Assembly (NCBI RefSeq): GCF_006345805.1
Contig: NC_043009.1
Span: 50,158,001-50,222,000 of the forward strand
Source: Octopus sinensis
Taxonomy: Eukaryota
Direction: 5' to 3'
DNA length: 64,000 nt
The notes below the pieces were generated by a model. That model ran no database searches, had not been told where the DNA came from, and saw only the letters and a list, made by a program, of their open reading frames with translations. Numbering within the stretch: position 1 is the first letter of the stretch; each line of letters begins with the position of its first letter. Below are positions 38,483-52,296 of this stretch, one piece after another. Position numbers and translations under genes: made by a program.

Positions 38483-38629
38483 TTAATGACCACAAAATCA
38501 GGATTGGTGTGACAAGTGGTGTGTCTTGGATGCTTTTAAACCTGGTAAAGTTCACGCTTCTCCAGGTCTGACAAGAACAGATTTCTTTTAGAAAGGGAGA
38601 GACAGACTGACAGACCGACAGACAGAAAT

Positions 38630-38630
38630 A

Positions 38631-38702
<72 letters not shown>

Positions 38703-38704
38703 AA
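38630..38704. repeat. (AAAG)n microsatellite
   Basis: Directly visible. Confidence 0.95.
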
Positions 38705-39470
38705 CGAACAAACAAGCAAACAAAAGAAAAAGAGAATGAGAACAATCAGCTTCAGTACAGAACAAGTACTTTATTTATTAACCCTAAAAAGATGAAAGTA
38801 AACTTGACTGTGGTGGTATTTAAACTCAGTGCTTAAAGAGTCTAAATGAATACCACATGACAAACTTAGCAATGACTAATGATTCAACCAATTTACTGCC
38901 TTAGTTTATTACATGTAGCCAACAATCAAAAATAATAACCATCCAGATACAATTATGATGAAGACATGCAGTGTCTACAAACTCTGCAGACTTCATAGAT
39001 TGATAGGATTAACTAAGCTGATGATGCCTAATCTGCAATTTGATGTATACAGAGGAAAATGTAAATGGGTAGGGAACCTAGGGTCTGGTGTGATTGCTTG
39101 CAGTAGAGAGAATTCTTCTAAAATTACCCAGGGACCCAGAAGGTGTGTTAAGTCAAGTACCTAATGTTAGATCTACCATATGTTAGGTACCTCTATCCAG
39201 CCCAGTTGTTTGGTTCAATATTTATTTGACAAGCTTTGCTTTCTCTGTGAGTTGATGCTCTAAAGCATTATTCATTTAATCATTTCATTTCGACTACAAT
39301 TATACGTGGTTTAATCTCATTTTTGAAATAATCTTATTGCTTCATCAAAAGACAATCATTTGCTGCAATTTTTTCTCCTTATTTTGAGTGGATGTCTTAA
39401 ATATGTACACCAATAAGAAGGGGAATATATGTTTTCTCCATGAATTAACCACTGGAAAGTAAATAAACCT

Positions 39471-39626
39471 GTCACTTAGCAGTTCAGCAAAAGAGACCGA
39501 TAGAATAAGTACTGGGCTTACAAAAGAATAAGTCCCAGGGTCGAGTTGCTCGACTAAAGGCGGTGCTCCAGCATGGCTGCAGTCAAATGACTGAAACAAG
39601 TAAAAGAGAAAAAAGAGTAAAAGAGA
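39471..39626 (+). mobile_element. 5'-truncated SINE A (3' part)
   Basis: GTCACTTAGCAGTTCAGCAAAAGAGACCGATAGAATAAG..GAAACAAGTAAAAGAG. Confidence 0.9.
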
Positions 39627-39685
39627 AACCTCCTTACACGTTTCAACTTTCTACATGAAATATTTTCACATATGACTTCTTTCTA

Positions 39686-39822
39686 AAAGTGGTTGGCATT
39701 AGAAAGGGCAACCAGCTATAAAAACCATACCAAAAACAGACAGTGGAGCTTGGTGCTGTTCTCGGGCTTGCCAGCTCCTGTCAAGCTGTCCAACCCATGC
39801 TAGCATGGAAAACGGACGTTAA

Positions 39823-39855
<33 letters not shown>
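39686..39855 (+). mobile_element. RTE-type 3' UTR and tail with (GAT)n
   Basis: GTGGTTGGCATTAGAAAGGGC..CCAACCCATGCTAGCATGGAAAACGGACGTTAAA(TGA)n. Confidence 0.8.
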
Positions 39856-39856
<1 letters not shown>

Positions 39857-39944
39857 CGACGATTTCCACACTGGTGAAATTAATGTGGTTGATGACCGAT
39901 TTTAATATTTGTAAGTTAATGCTTACAAGTAACACATGGGTTGA

Positions 39945-40165
39945 AGAAAACATTTGAGAAGGTTGCAGGTCTGGGGATGAAAGACTTAGATGAAACCCAA
40001 CAAGAGGAGGAGAGATGTATGAGATGAATATAGAGCTGGGTGGAGAAGATATGCAGCTAGCTACTTCAAAAGAGTACAGGTTGTTGTGGTAGCAATAGAA
40101 GAAACAAAAGGGGTAACTAAGAGATAAGTGAACTGGTAGTTGTTGTGAGGTCCATGAAGTGTTAT
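39945..40165 (-). mobile_element. Possible decayed CR1/L2-like LINE C-terminal fragment
   Basis: Minus-strand FYCYHNNLYSFEVASCISSP resembles CR1/Jockey-group C-termini; from memory only. Confidence 0.35.
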
Positions 40166-40359
40166 GAATAAGCCAGAAACATTCTTTCAAAAGAATCTTT
40201 TATTATATATTATTTATAGTATTCCTATTTCTATCTGCTATAGTATGTTAGATAATACCTATAGTATTTCACTTTCTATAGTATTTATTCATACATTGTA
40301 CTAATTTGCTCAATCAGCTTTTCAAGCCCTTCACAAACAAATACTGTCTGACCAATATA

Positions 40360-40540
40360 ATGCTTGTTATAGCTATTGATGTTGGTTAATTCTAAGTCAG
40401 CCATGATCAAGCAGGCCTATGATCAATGATCTTCTAGTCAGGTTTAAGAGCAATTTTTAAAAAGACAGCAGGGTGTGATTTGTGAGAGATTTAGCAGCTA
40501 TTTTTAGCAGATTCAGTGACCATGTTAAGGTTCCTTTATT
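40360..40540 (-). mobile_element. Repeat family E copy
   Basis: GGCCTATGATCAA..GTGTGATTTGTGAGAGATTTAGCAGCTATTTT..GCAGATTCAGTGACC. Confidence 0.65.
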
Positions 40541-43500
40541 GACTTAAATTTATTGATGATGGCATATACAAAACAATAACTGCAACAACTAATGTAGAAA
40601 TTTAATTCTCCCAAGAGATAATGATCATTATGTAATTTAAGAACAAATTAGTATCACTAATAATAAAATAAAAAAAAACACAGAAACTAAATATAAAATC
40701 CTGAAAAACAACAATTTTCACTGTTCTGAGAAGAGATTTTTCTGTGAAATTTCCATATTGATTTGCAGATCAAATGATCCTAGTGTGTGATATGCTATGG
40801 TGAGGGTGTGTCTATCAAACATAATGATGAATGAACTGAATGATAGAAAACTCTGTTTCCATAAGTAACAAATAGCCATCTGACATGAATCAAGGTTATC
40901 ACGGATCAGCAGCTCATCTTTTATATGGAGATAAAAATTATTTTTAGTACAAACAACATAGAAAGAAGAGGCTGAAATTGAGCCATTGCCAACTACAACA
41001 TTGACAATGATGACAAGAACCAAATATAAAAAGGGTTGGTGGGGTGGAAATAAGCAAATAATATGATATTCAAGGGCTTCCAATATATGAAGAATAAATT
41101 ATTTATGGTGTACAAAGGAGATGAAACAATGCACATATGTAGTTTGTATTTGTTTCTCTATAATGAATGCTGTAAATAACTGTGTTGTAAAGAATTGTGG
41201 ATAATATCTGGGCTTCATCCACAGTTAAAATACTTGAACATCAAGTGTATCAATCTTTGTATCAGAGAACCAACAGATACAATAGGTATTGTCCTTTTCT
41301 TCTGATTAAACTGTTTAAAAACAATAGAACTTGGATCTCAGTAGCCATCTCAGTAGCCATCTCAGTATATCTAGAAGTAGGAGCCACAAGATGGAAAGTT
41401 TCTTCACTATAACCAAGGAAAAAAAACTGTAGAAGTGAGGAGTCTTTGGTAAGCTTGCATATTAAGTTTAGATATGCATATAGGAGTCAATAAAATGTTT
41501 AGTCTCATTTAATCCAAGAATACTATAGCAGACGTGAATTTAAAAGAGGCTTTGAGATTTCAAAATTTTTCCCTGATGCAATATTATCAATAAATCTGTC
41601 ATTATCTTCAGTGCTGGAACATTGTAATAATGGTCATCACTGATCAACGTGTTAGAATTTAACACAGTGGAACTTGGCACACAAGCAGAATAGAGGAAGT
41701 GATAATATTTACATTACATATTTTGTTTCAATCCCAAAATGATGAAGGGTTTTTCAAATATGACAATATAGAGCCAAGAGGTGTGAGGGGAAAAAGGAAA
41801 AGTGGACTCATGAAGATATTTGATATTATTTAGACCCAGGCCAGATTTATGCTCAGAGATATTCCAGTCATAACCAACCTGTCTTTTACTCAGCTATAAT
41901 ATATATAAAACCATGTTGTCCAATGTATTCCTTCATTAAGACATTTGGTTTTGATTGGAGAGTTGGTTGACATCCTCATGACTCATTAAGCTATTCATCT
42001 TACATAATTCTATCTGTTTTTTAACTTTTGTAATTTTATTTATCTAAAGGTAGAAGAATAGCAGTTGATTAAATGTCTCTCAGAGTGTGATTTTGTTCAA
42101 TCTCATTTCCTAGTTCAAATCATGCCTGTATAAACCATGTTCTATCAAGAATAAATCACATCAATACCAGTAATGTATGATGGGTGATTCATTCAATAAC
42201 ACCATATCTATACAATTAGTGGCCTTGAGTTAAATAAAGTAAGAAACCAACATTAGCCTTTGTTATTTCAATGATCAGCCTATAGCTTAGGCCTATTATG
42301 AATGACAGGCATGGATAGAATGTTGATGATAGATAATATTGGGATGTCATGAAATTCATTCCTTTCTAAAAGGCATTATCTACAGAGGTGAACTAAAACA
42401 CATGTATAGATATGTCAGATAGTGTGTATGTGTGTGTATGTGTGTGCACATGTGCGTGCATGGGTATGTCCACATATGCGCATACTTGTTAATTTATTTT
42501 CTTCTTTGACATCAGTTCATTGACATTGATAATCAGAACTGAGAAACTTACTTAAGGTTCTTACAATACAAAGTAAGTTGAAAACATTAAAGTGAAAGGA
42601 AAAATAAATTTTAACAGAATAAATGGGTAAGTAAGAAACAAAATTTTTAAAAAACCCACAAACAAACATGAATTAACTAAACAGAAAATACTTTCTAGTA
42701 TATCAATTAATCTCTTACTGCTAAGAATATTTTTACTTAAGAGAACACGTCATTGAACTTAACTTTGATGTACACTGGAAACCACCTTGCTCACAATAAC
42801 TGCCAGCTAACTACATACATAATACATTCTAATGTGTCAAGTGATACAGTTGATAATGTGCTGCATTTTTGATTTAAAAATTTAAAAACTGAATAAAATA
42901 TTAAGATGGTTAGATGACAAATGCAATAGCTGATAACAATAGAAGACAGCAATTCTTAATGGTGATGCATCGAAAACTTAACTAATTTTTCGGAAGCTGC
43001 CAGGTGGTTAAGTAAGAGAGAGAGAGAGGAGAGGAGAGAGAAAGTGTGTGAGAGAGGAGAGGAGAGGAGAGAGAAAGTGTGTGTGAGAGAGAGAGAGAGA
43101 GGAGAGAGAGAAAGTGAGGGAGAGTGAGTGTACTTAGCTCTTTGTCAACATTTCTCACTAGTACCCCCATAGACAGAAATACATTCCCATGGATTAAAGT
43201 AATGTTGCACAAATATGTGTATTTGTGCGCATGTATTTGTGTATGTAATAAATAATATAATACACATATAAAACACACACACATATACTGTATGCATGTA
43301 AGGAAATAGTGAGGGAGGAGGGGGTGAAATACTGGAATAACTGATATAAAAGTCTTTAATTAAGCTTCTTCAAAAATTTGCCTCCAGTGAATGAATTAGA
43401 ACTTTTGAATATGTTTCTAAATTAAAAGAATAATTATTCATATTTTCGTATATATACTGGGGTGGGTGATAAAGTGGATGAAGAAGGGGAAAGGGAGTGA

Positions 43501-44107
43501 AGGGGAAAAGAGGTTAAGGAAATAAGAAAGGGGATGAGGAAGGCAAAGAAGGAGGGTAAAGGTAGGATGTGGAAAGAGGAAGGAAAATGGGGAATGAGAA
43601 AAGGGAAAGGAAATAACAGGAGGAGAAAAGCGGGGGGGGGGAGAAAAGAAAGAAGGAATGAAGGGTAAAAGAATTTAAAAGTGTGTGAGTGGGGATGAGG
43701 AGGAGGAGGAAGAAAAAGGGAAGGCAATTGAGAGGCAAGGAGAGAGAGAGAGGTAGATGTGTGAGAAAGAGGAGAGGTAGATGAAAGTGGCGAAAAAATT
43801 TAAGAGAGTTTTAGTGTATCAAGGAAAGGATAAAAATAAAACAAAAACGAATGAAACGATAATCCAGTGAATGAGAATAACAACAACAACAATAGTAATT
43901 CGACTCAGAAAACAAAAGAGAAAACAAAAACAAAAACAGACGAAGAAACAACGAAAGAACAATGGGAAAAAGTGTAAGATGTTTAATAGTTAAGAGGAGA
44001 AAGGTGGTAAATGGAGATGGGGGGTGGGAAAGGGGTGAAAAATGTAACAAGAGACAGAAGTAGATGGTAATTGCTGAAGATTTATATGAAACAGAAGAAA
44101 AAGTCAC

Positions 44108-44170
44108 CTGATTGCACTCGGCAGTTACCAACGCGATGACATAGTCAAAGAGTGAATGCGAACGAGAGGA
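44108..44170 (-). promoter_or_regulatory. CpG-retaining island ending in a strong donor; candidate first (5' UTR) exon
   Basis: CAG|GTGACT at 44108/44107; several CpGs not explained by a recognised repeat. Upstream boundary unknown. Confidence 0.3.
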
Positions 44171-44206
44171 ACAACAACAACAACAATAATAATAATAACA
44201 ATAGCA

Positions 44207-44240
<34 letters not shown>

Positions 44241-44924
44241 TGATGATGATGTTCAGAAAAATTCCATCATTGGAAAGTTGTTTTGCAAAAAGAAAAAAAA
44301 AAGGCATTTTATACAAATTTGACAATGGTTTTGGTGTCTAATTTGGAGATTTGAATCTTTCCTCACTTCCAACACACACACACACACACACACAGTCACA
44401 TGCACACACACACACACACACACACAGAATCTCATATACACACACAAATCTAAGTAAATTAATACACACTCTTCTTTTCCTGTAGATATTCAAAATGGTT
44501 ATGTGCCACTACAAATATGCAGAACACTGCACAATCATACACATCCCCATACACACACACACACACACACACACATACACATAAATACACAAACACAGAA
44601 TGCATCACTTCAATTCCATATGTGTATGCACAAATAGCATAGAGCAAACAACATGCACACATACGTACATACCTCTAACCAAAACTATAAATTCATATCA
44701 AAATATGTGTATACACATACTGTACGCATTTCACATGCAAACATGCAAATGTATATAGATGGATAACAAGACATATACTCAAATATACACATCAACATGC
44801 AGGGACACATTAATATAAATTAATATGCATGCACATGCACACACACGAAACACAACTACAAATACATATGTGTACATAGATATATACATGAGTATAGATA
44901 TATACATGTATATATTCATATAAA

Positions 44925-45086
44925 ATATACTATATATATATATATATATAGCATATAATATATATATATATATATATACTATATATATATATATATATGC
45001 ATATAAAATATACTATATATATATATATATATATATAGCATATAAAATATACTATATATATATATATATATAGCATATAAAATATA

Positions 45087-45095
<9 letters not shown>
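44925..45095. repeat. Higher-order repeat GCATATAAAATATAC(TA)n
   Basis: About 5 recurrences inside a (TA)n field, some degenerate. Confidence 0.8.
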
Positions 45096-45162
<67 letters not shown>

Positions 45163-46249
45163 TATACACACACACACACACACACATATGTGAATCAGCA
45201 TGCATGGACATAAATTTATATGTAGTACTATTTGAACATATGACACACATGTAGACACACACATACGCACATATGAACAGTAAATCAATGTTTATACATA
45301 TACACATCTTCATAGAAATTGAAGAAATTGATATATGAACAGCATGTCTCTATATGAATTAATATGCATGCAAGCACATGCATGTACACACACACTCACA
45401 CACACATGCACATGTGCATGTACTCAAACATACACTCACATCAATGGACAAGCATGCACCAATACTGATTGGTATGTTTATACATGATACTAAGGGAATC
45501 AAGACATACACATTTACGTATGAAGTACACATACAGTAACATACTTAAAACGCCTGCACATACATCTCTCACACTCTCTCTCTCAATCTCTCTCTCTCTC
45601 TCTCTCTCAGTCTCTCTGATGCAAGTGCTTCTATCAATACATATCGATGCAAGAACCTCTGTATGCATCAACACACGCTTCTACTTTAAATAGCACACCA
45701 TGCATTCGTGCATATGCACACGCGCGTGTGTGTATACATGTCAATGTACACACTTTAATAAATTAATAGATGTAAATATTCACCTGTATAAAAACTGACT
45801 CACACACACACACACAAACAAACATACATGCACATATGCATATAGATATCTTATAAACTGTGCACCTGCATATTTCCACAGAAAATGCAGTACTTAGCTA
45901 AACCTCTATATGAATTATTGCACATATGCCATTCTCTGATAAGACTTAGATCGCTTTACTTTAATAATATATCTGTGTATGTTATCTTCTTAACTAGATT
46001 TCACAGATTCTCAGTGCTCTCAGGTCAGCCTTACCAAGTTCCAATACTCTACTAGCCTTACTTTTGACTTTCATTATAACCAACAATTACTGAACCTGTC
46101 TAAAAACTTAACTACACCCATGATCTTTCTATGTATGTATAAATGTTTGTGTGCATATATATACGTGTGTACACATGTGCGTGTATTTGTATATGTATGT
46201 ATATATATATATATATATATATATTTGTATATGTATGTATTTGTATATG

Positions 46250-46297
<48 letters not shown>

Positions 46298-46302
46298 ATA
46301 TA

Positions 46303-46490
46303 GTTAATCCAAACATGAAAGCACAAAAAAACACAACGCGAGGATGTGGATCAAATATAGTATTATTGGACGCTCAGGAAAGAAGGAAAGAAGGAGGGTT
46401 TAACGTTTCGAGCGGAGCTCTTCGTCGGAAACATAGGAGAAGGGAAGCCAGAGGAAAAAAAATCGCCAACGGTATGCACGCGGTCACATA
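46303..46490 (-). mobile_element. Short (TA)n-embedded Penelope-like or retrozyme-like element
   Basis: (TA)n on both sides; CpG-rich; homologous to 37272-37432. Confidence 0.7.
46398..46432 (-). ncRNA. Minimal type-I hammerhead ribozyme motif
   Basis: Minus strand GTTT-CCGACGA-A-GAGC(TCC)GCTC-GAA-ACGT-T-AAAC: stem I GTTT/AAAC, stem II GAGC/GCTC, palindromic ACGT stem III; U4>C in the core. Confidence 0.7.
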
Positions 46491-46814
46491 TATATATATA
46501 TATATATATATAAATATATGCATGCATACATACACACATATCTAAAAGTATGGTATTTCATCAGAACTATTATGTAATTCCGAGACCCAAGAAACATCTA
46601 AAAGTGTGTTATATGTATACGTATATTTATCTGTATATGCATATATATGTATATTTATGTGCATTTATGTGCCTCATATCTATCTATCTCTCTCTATATT
46701 TAGATATAGATATATAGATATTACTTATATGCATTTTGTACACATATGTATACATGTATAAATATATATATATGCATATAAGTATATATATATATATATA
46801 TAAATATGTGTGTG

Positions 46815-46845
<31 letters not shown>

Positions 46846-47599
46846 ATGTATGTATAGATAGATAGATAGACAAATGGACAGACAGAAACAGACACACACA
46901 TACATGTAGATATAAAAGACCACAAGTATAGAAATCAGCTAAGCCTATTAGATAAAGCATTGAAAAAGATTTGGTCAGGTTCAATAGCTGCTGGTCATAA
47001 TCAGCACAAAAACTTATAACAGTGTTCAAAACACACAGTGTGCAAAGTTTGGTGATTTATTTTTACATGTGGTAACTAGAGATGTGTTTGCTGCATGCAT
47101 GCTTGCCTGCACATACGTGCACACACTGATGCACAGCTGATTTATGCCTATGCTAGTAGTATGGTTGGTTTAAATTTTTATCATTGGACCAATAGATTTT
47201 ACTTGATGTCCTTCCTTCCTTCCTTCCTTCTACTAACCACTCTACTATGAAGTATCAGTGGAAAGATGCTTATGTCAGTCAGGCAAAATGGGGCAAGCAG
47301 TGCTTCAGGCTAAGCTCAGAGACAAAAAATGACAGTTGTAGTAAGATATTTCACTGCATGACTACATAAACCAGCACCATAACCTCACACCTATTGTAGG
47401 AACTATAAAGGGCACAACAGGTTTTGAGATAATGTGTGTGTGTGTGTATGTGTGTGTGTGTGCGCACGCATGTGCATAATACTTGTATTTTTTACTTTAT
47501 TGCATTTGTCATTTCTATTTGCAGTCCCAGTTCAAAAAGGATAAATATGTATTTTTCATTGAATCTCAGATTAGCCTTTGTTATTTATATATATACACA

Positions 47600-47633
<34 letters not shown>

Positions 47634-47641
47634 TATATTTA

Positions 47642-47783
<142 letters not shown>

Positions 47784-48104
47784 AAAAGAGAGATAGATAT
47801 ACAAGCTGATATACTCAATAATTCCCAGAAAAGCAGGGCTTATCCCTTGGTTCCATTCTCATAATTGTTTTGATAATCCAAAAACAACAACACAATGTAT
47901 GTAGCCCTTAAAACGGTTTTTGTGCATTTACAGAGACTACCAAACTGTCTTACACAAGATCTTGTTTTTAGGAATTCCCAATAAGTTATAAATACCCAAA
48001 TTGTGAAGCCAGTTATGTAATAACATAAAATTAGTTACCTGATAGTAAGAATTCAAATAAAGTAGCCCCTACAAGGGCTTTAATGCATTCCCAAGAGGAC
48101 AAGT

Positions 48105-48321
48105 GATGTATATGAAGAATGATATTTGAGTAAAATGGGTGAAGTGATCCAAGTGATCTTCTGGCAGGGGAAGAATATGAAAGACATATGTGAGAGGTGA
48201 TGTAAACTTAATTTCATGACGGAGATGGCAAAGACTACAACAAGTGTCATGAAACTGTTTTGAAGCAGACCTCTCCAACCCATGCCAGAATGGAAAAGCA
48301 GACATAAAAAAAGTGATGATG
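48105..48321 (+). mobile_element. Decayed RTE LINE 3' end
   Basis: GGCAGGGGAAGA (GRGR) followed by the CCAACCCATGCCAGAATGGAAAAGCAGAC..GATGATG tail. Confidence 0.65.
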
Positions 48322-48408
48322 AGGTGGAAGAGGATAGTAATATAACAGGACAACAGAACTTACACATAACCTTGGGATACTATGAAAGTCGCATATTAGC
48401 TATGTATA

Positions 48409-48529
48409 AACAGCCCTTTAGTAGGCCCAGGGCTATAGTAGAAGACATTTACCCAAGGTGTCATGGAATGGGACTGAAGCCAAAACCACGATTGAGAAGC
48501 AAACTTCTTAACCACACAGTCATACCTGC

Positions 48530-48530
<1 letters not shown>
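48409..48530 (-). mobile_element. SINE A head/CORE fragment
   Basis: GGGCTATAGTAGAAGACATTTACCCAAGG..TAACCACACAGTCATACCTGC. Confidence 0.75.
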
Positions 48531-48560
<30 letters not shown>

Positions 48561-50113
48561 TATATCCTTTGTTTGACATCTCTATTATTCACTCAACCTT
48601 CTTCTTGCTTTATCCCTCTATCTTACTCTTTGTCTTTGCTCCTTATATCATATATTACAACTTATGTCATATCCCCAGCTAAAACATATGTTACAAACTA
48701 TATCATGTGTCTCTTGTCTAACCAGAATAAAGGTGATAGGTTATCACAAGTGTGGAATTTTATTCAGTAATGGTGCAATATTGCCATATAATTACATTCA
48801 ATGGATGGGTTTTGCATTCAGATATTAGCCAGGAAAAATATCATAGTAAACACATTTGTCTTGGATAAACTATTTAAATACAATGAATTTTCCTATCAAT
48901 CTTCCAGTCTCTTCATACACAACAAAATTATTGAATGCATAAATATCTAATAAAGATAAAAGGACTTTTTCCTACCACTGAAATTCAGGTGGCAATAAAA
49001 ATATCCACAATAATGAAAAAGCTTACACATACATTTGCATCAAACACACCACTTTTTCTCTCTCTCTCTCTCTTATTCACACACACATACACATGTATAA
49101 TCAAAGTAACAGCAGGATACTACAAGGCACACTCTTTATGTTGCTAGTTTCTTTTCTTGCAAACTTTTGCTCAAAGACAAGAAGGCTAGTCAAGAAAATA
49201 TGTGTAAAAGAAATGTTCAATACATAAACAGCACAGACCTGAACAGAGAAAAAAAGCACAATACGTATATCAATAGATTTTTCTATGATTCATATATTTC
49301 ATACATACAGTAGATGTAATACGTTGTGCTGTTCCTGCAAGGGTCTTACTAGTGTGATGTTTCAAATTTTAGTGCTGTATTCATAACATTTTTAAACATA
49401 TTTCAGCATGATTCATACCAATCCTCATTCATTTGTTTCTGAAATGATTCTTCATACTAATATGAACATCAATGTTACCTCAAAGTGGAAGCCTCTATGC
49501 AGTTGCTCAATTCGCTAGAAAAAGAAGCCAAATCACCCTCACATAACATTACCATCTTTACAAAGGATGATCTTTGATCATAGGTCTTCTCTATTAGAGT
49601 TAATCTGGGGCTAAAAATAATTATTATCTAAGGCTACAGGACAGTGATTGGTTAAATCATCGACTTATAAAAATAAAAACCATGTCTTATAGTGTTTATT
49701 TTCTTTCTTAATTTTTTTGTTTTTTATTCAAGATCTGAGCTCAAATGCTGTCTAGGTGGACTTTGTCTTTCTTCCCTCCAGGATGGATAAACTATAGTAC
49801 CAGTGAAGTACTGGGATCAATGTAATAATCAACTAACACCTTCTCCTCAAAAACTGCTGGTTTTGTGTCAAGATTGGAAACAGCTATTAAAAGCCACAAA
49901 AGTTTGATAATCCACCATTACAATACAAGCAATACATATATATTGCATTATATTATTGTATGATATATATTTTGTTTGTAAGGTCTTTTTAAAACACTGA
50001 TTTAATCATTAAGGATTAAGACTACTATGGGCTATAATTGGCAATTTGAATATTGTCACTGTACTATTTCCATGCCTAAGACAGTTTGATGCTCACTAGA
50101 TCATGAACACACA

Positions 50114-50147
<34 letters not shown>

Positions 50148-50599
50148 TCTTGCAAGTGTGTGTGTGTATGAATAAGTACTACAATTAGATACCGCTTATG
50201 TCTGTAAGCTGTAGGAGTCCCGTCTAGTTAACAACCTTTCTTTTAAACTTGTTGAGCTGTAATCAGACTATATTACCATCTTGAAAAAGTATGTATAAAC
50301 TTTCTCTTAATGACTGACTTCCACTCATCTCAACAGGGCATCAATTCCAACTGAGCAGAAAACAGTAGCACACAACAGAAAACTGTTACTAATAAAATTT
50401 GAGATACAATTTTAAAATGTGTGTGTGTGAGACAGACAGATAGACAGACAAAGATTTGCAGAACACCAGGGGAAATACCCAAGGGAACAGCATTTTATTT
50501 CTTAGACTTCAAATGACTCAAGCCATGTGGCTGTAAGCAGAAATGAAACACCTTATCACAAAAACCCAGGCTATGACTTGTTTTGTTTTGTTTTGTTTT

Positions 50600-50806
50600 T
50601 CCAGTTTCAGCTCTTGAGCTGTGGCCATGCTGGGGCACCGCCATTGTGGTGAAAGAGTACAGCAGGGATCACCACCCCCTGCCGGAGCCTCGTAGAGCTT
50701 TTAGGTGTTTTCGCTCAATAAACACACACAACGCCCGGTCTGAGAATCGAAACCGCGATCCTGCGACCGCGAGTCCGCTGCCCTAACCACTAGGCCATTG
50801 CGCCTC
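50600..50806 (-). mobile_element. Young tRNA-derived SINE (family D head) joined to an A-like tail
   Basis: Minus strand GAGGCGCAATGGCCTAGTGGTTAGGGCAGC..GGTTTCGATTCT; CpG-rich; ends in the same tail as 21035-21078. Confidence 0.8.
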
Positions 50807-51083
50807 TACTGTTAGATATTATCTTGTCAGACTGTGTTCAAATTCTGGAGGTAATAATTGGGAGAGCCGTGTGCACCATCAAGTTGATTTACGATAGGTA
50901 ATATACAAAAAGATGAAGATTTCTGTGGCTGTTCTTGGCATATTTTAAATACTAATCACAATGAGGTCTGTGACTAATTATTTGATAGTAAATAGACTGG
51001 GTTACAAGACTAATCTATCTCACAATCATTGTCCCTAAATCACTTTTGTATCTCTTCTGAAAGTCTAAAATTTAACCTCTGTC

Positions 51084-51155
<72 letters not shown>

Positions 51156-52117
51156 CATCATCTACAATCAAATCACATTTTAAGCCAGACATGCACTGCT
51201 TCTGTGGATAGAGAACGAGAACATAGGCTTCATAAAATATCTTCCAGTGTAGTTGTAAAAGAATTTAGTCTTCTTGAAAAGTACACAAACTTCTTTGAAC
51301 TACAGTAGAAAACTTTGAATGAATATTTAGTGAGTTGGAGGAAGCTGATTTTCATATTTACTAGAGTCTTAATAATTGTTATTTGATTTATTTCATGGAA
51401 GTCTAGCAACTGTTTAAGCATGTTTTTTCAATAGTTTGGTGTAAGTCATTCATTTCCTTGGTGCAAATACATTTCCAAGTAAAATTCATTCAACAATCAT
51501 TGTTTATGATGGTTAGTGAACAATCACTGAACAATCAATCTTTTTATGATAGCAAATGCATATTCATTTTTCCTAATAAATTTGGATCAAATCCTAGTCA
51601 GCTTGAAAAATTTATTCTAACCTCAGCTCTGCTGAAGTGTGATAAATATTTATAATAATGACAGCTACTCTATTATTCTATTATTATTCTAAAGATATAA
51701 ACCAACCCATGGCCAGGAGACTTTAATAACAATCTAACAACAATAGTCATTGTTCTTTTAGAAGCAGTGATAAATGATTTTAAAAAGGATAAAGTAACAA
51801 AATAAAATATAGTTTGATAATTTCTAAATTGGAATATTCATTGGTGTTAGAAAACTCATTGGCTGTTACTAACTAGAACAAAGAAAGTATTTTCAAACTT
51901 ATTTTACACTCAAATTAACATTTGTTGTTCTTGTTCTATTTTTGTCTGCCAATGAGGAGGTGGGAGTTGAAGTTCCAAACAATGTTGTTGAGTCAGTGAT
52001 TAAGGGCCTCAGGTCTACAAAATCGAGAACACTAATCACTTTTAAGTTCTCATAAAGGTTACAGATACTACTTCATTTTGTAGAATACATGTATGTGTAT
52101 ATGCATATGAGTGAGTA

Positions 52118-52173
<56 letters not shown>

Positions 52174-52197
52174 ATATGTATGTATGTATATATATAT

Positions 52198-52251
52198 ATG
52201 TGTATACATGCATATATTTTCAGAGTTTATATCACACACATACACATTTAC

Positions 52252-52296
<45 letters not shown>

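Noticed and set aside
40718-41800. Possible decayed Gypsy pol (HIKDELLIRD resembles RDEL motifs)
   Set aside because: Only a few residues match; no RT, RNase H or integrase motif could be confirmed. Needs blastx.
46538-46610. ATCTAAAAGT direct repeats around ~50 bp that contains a minus-strand CTGATGA
   Set aside because: No second half of a hammerhead; the insert matches no recognised element.
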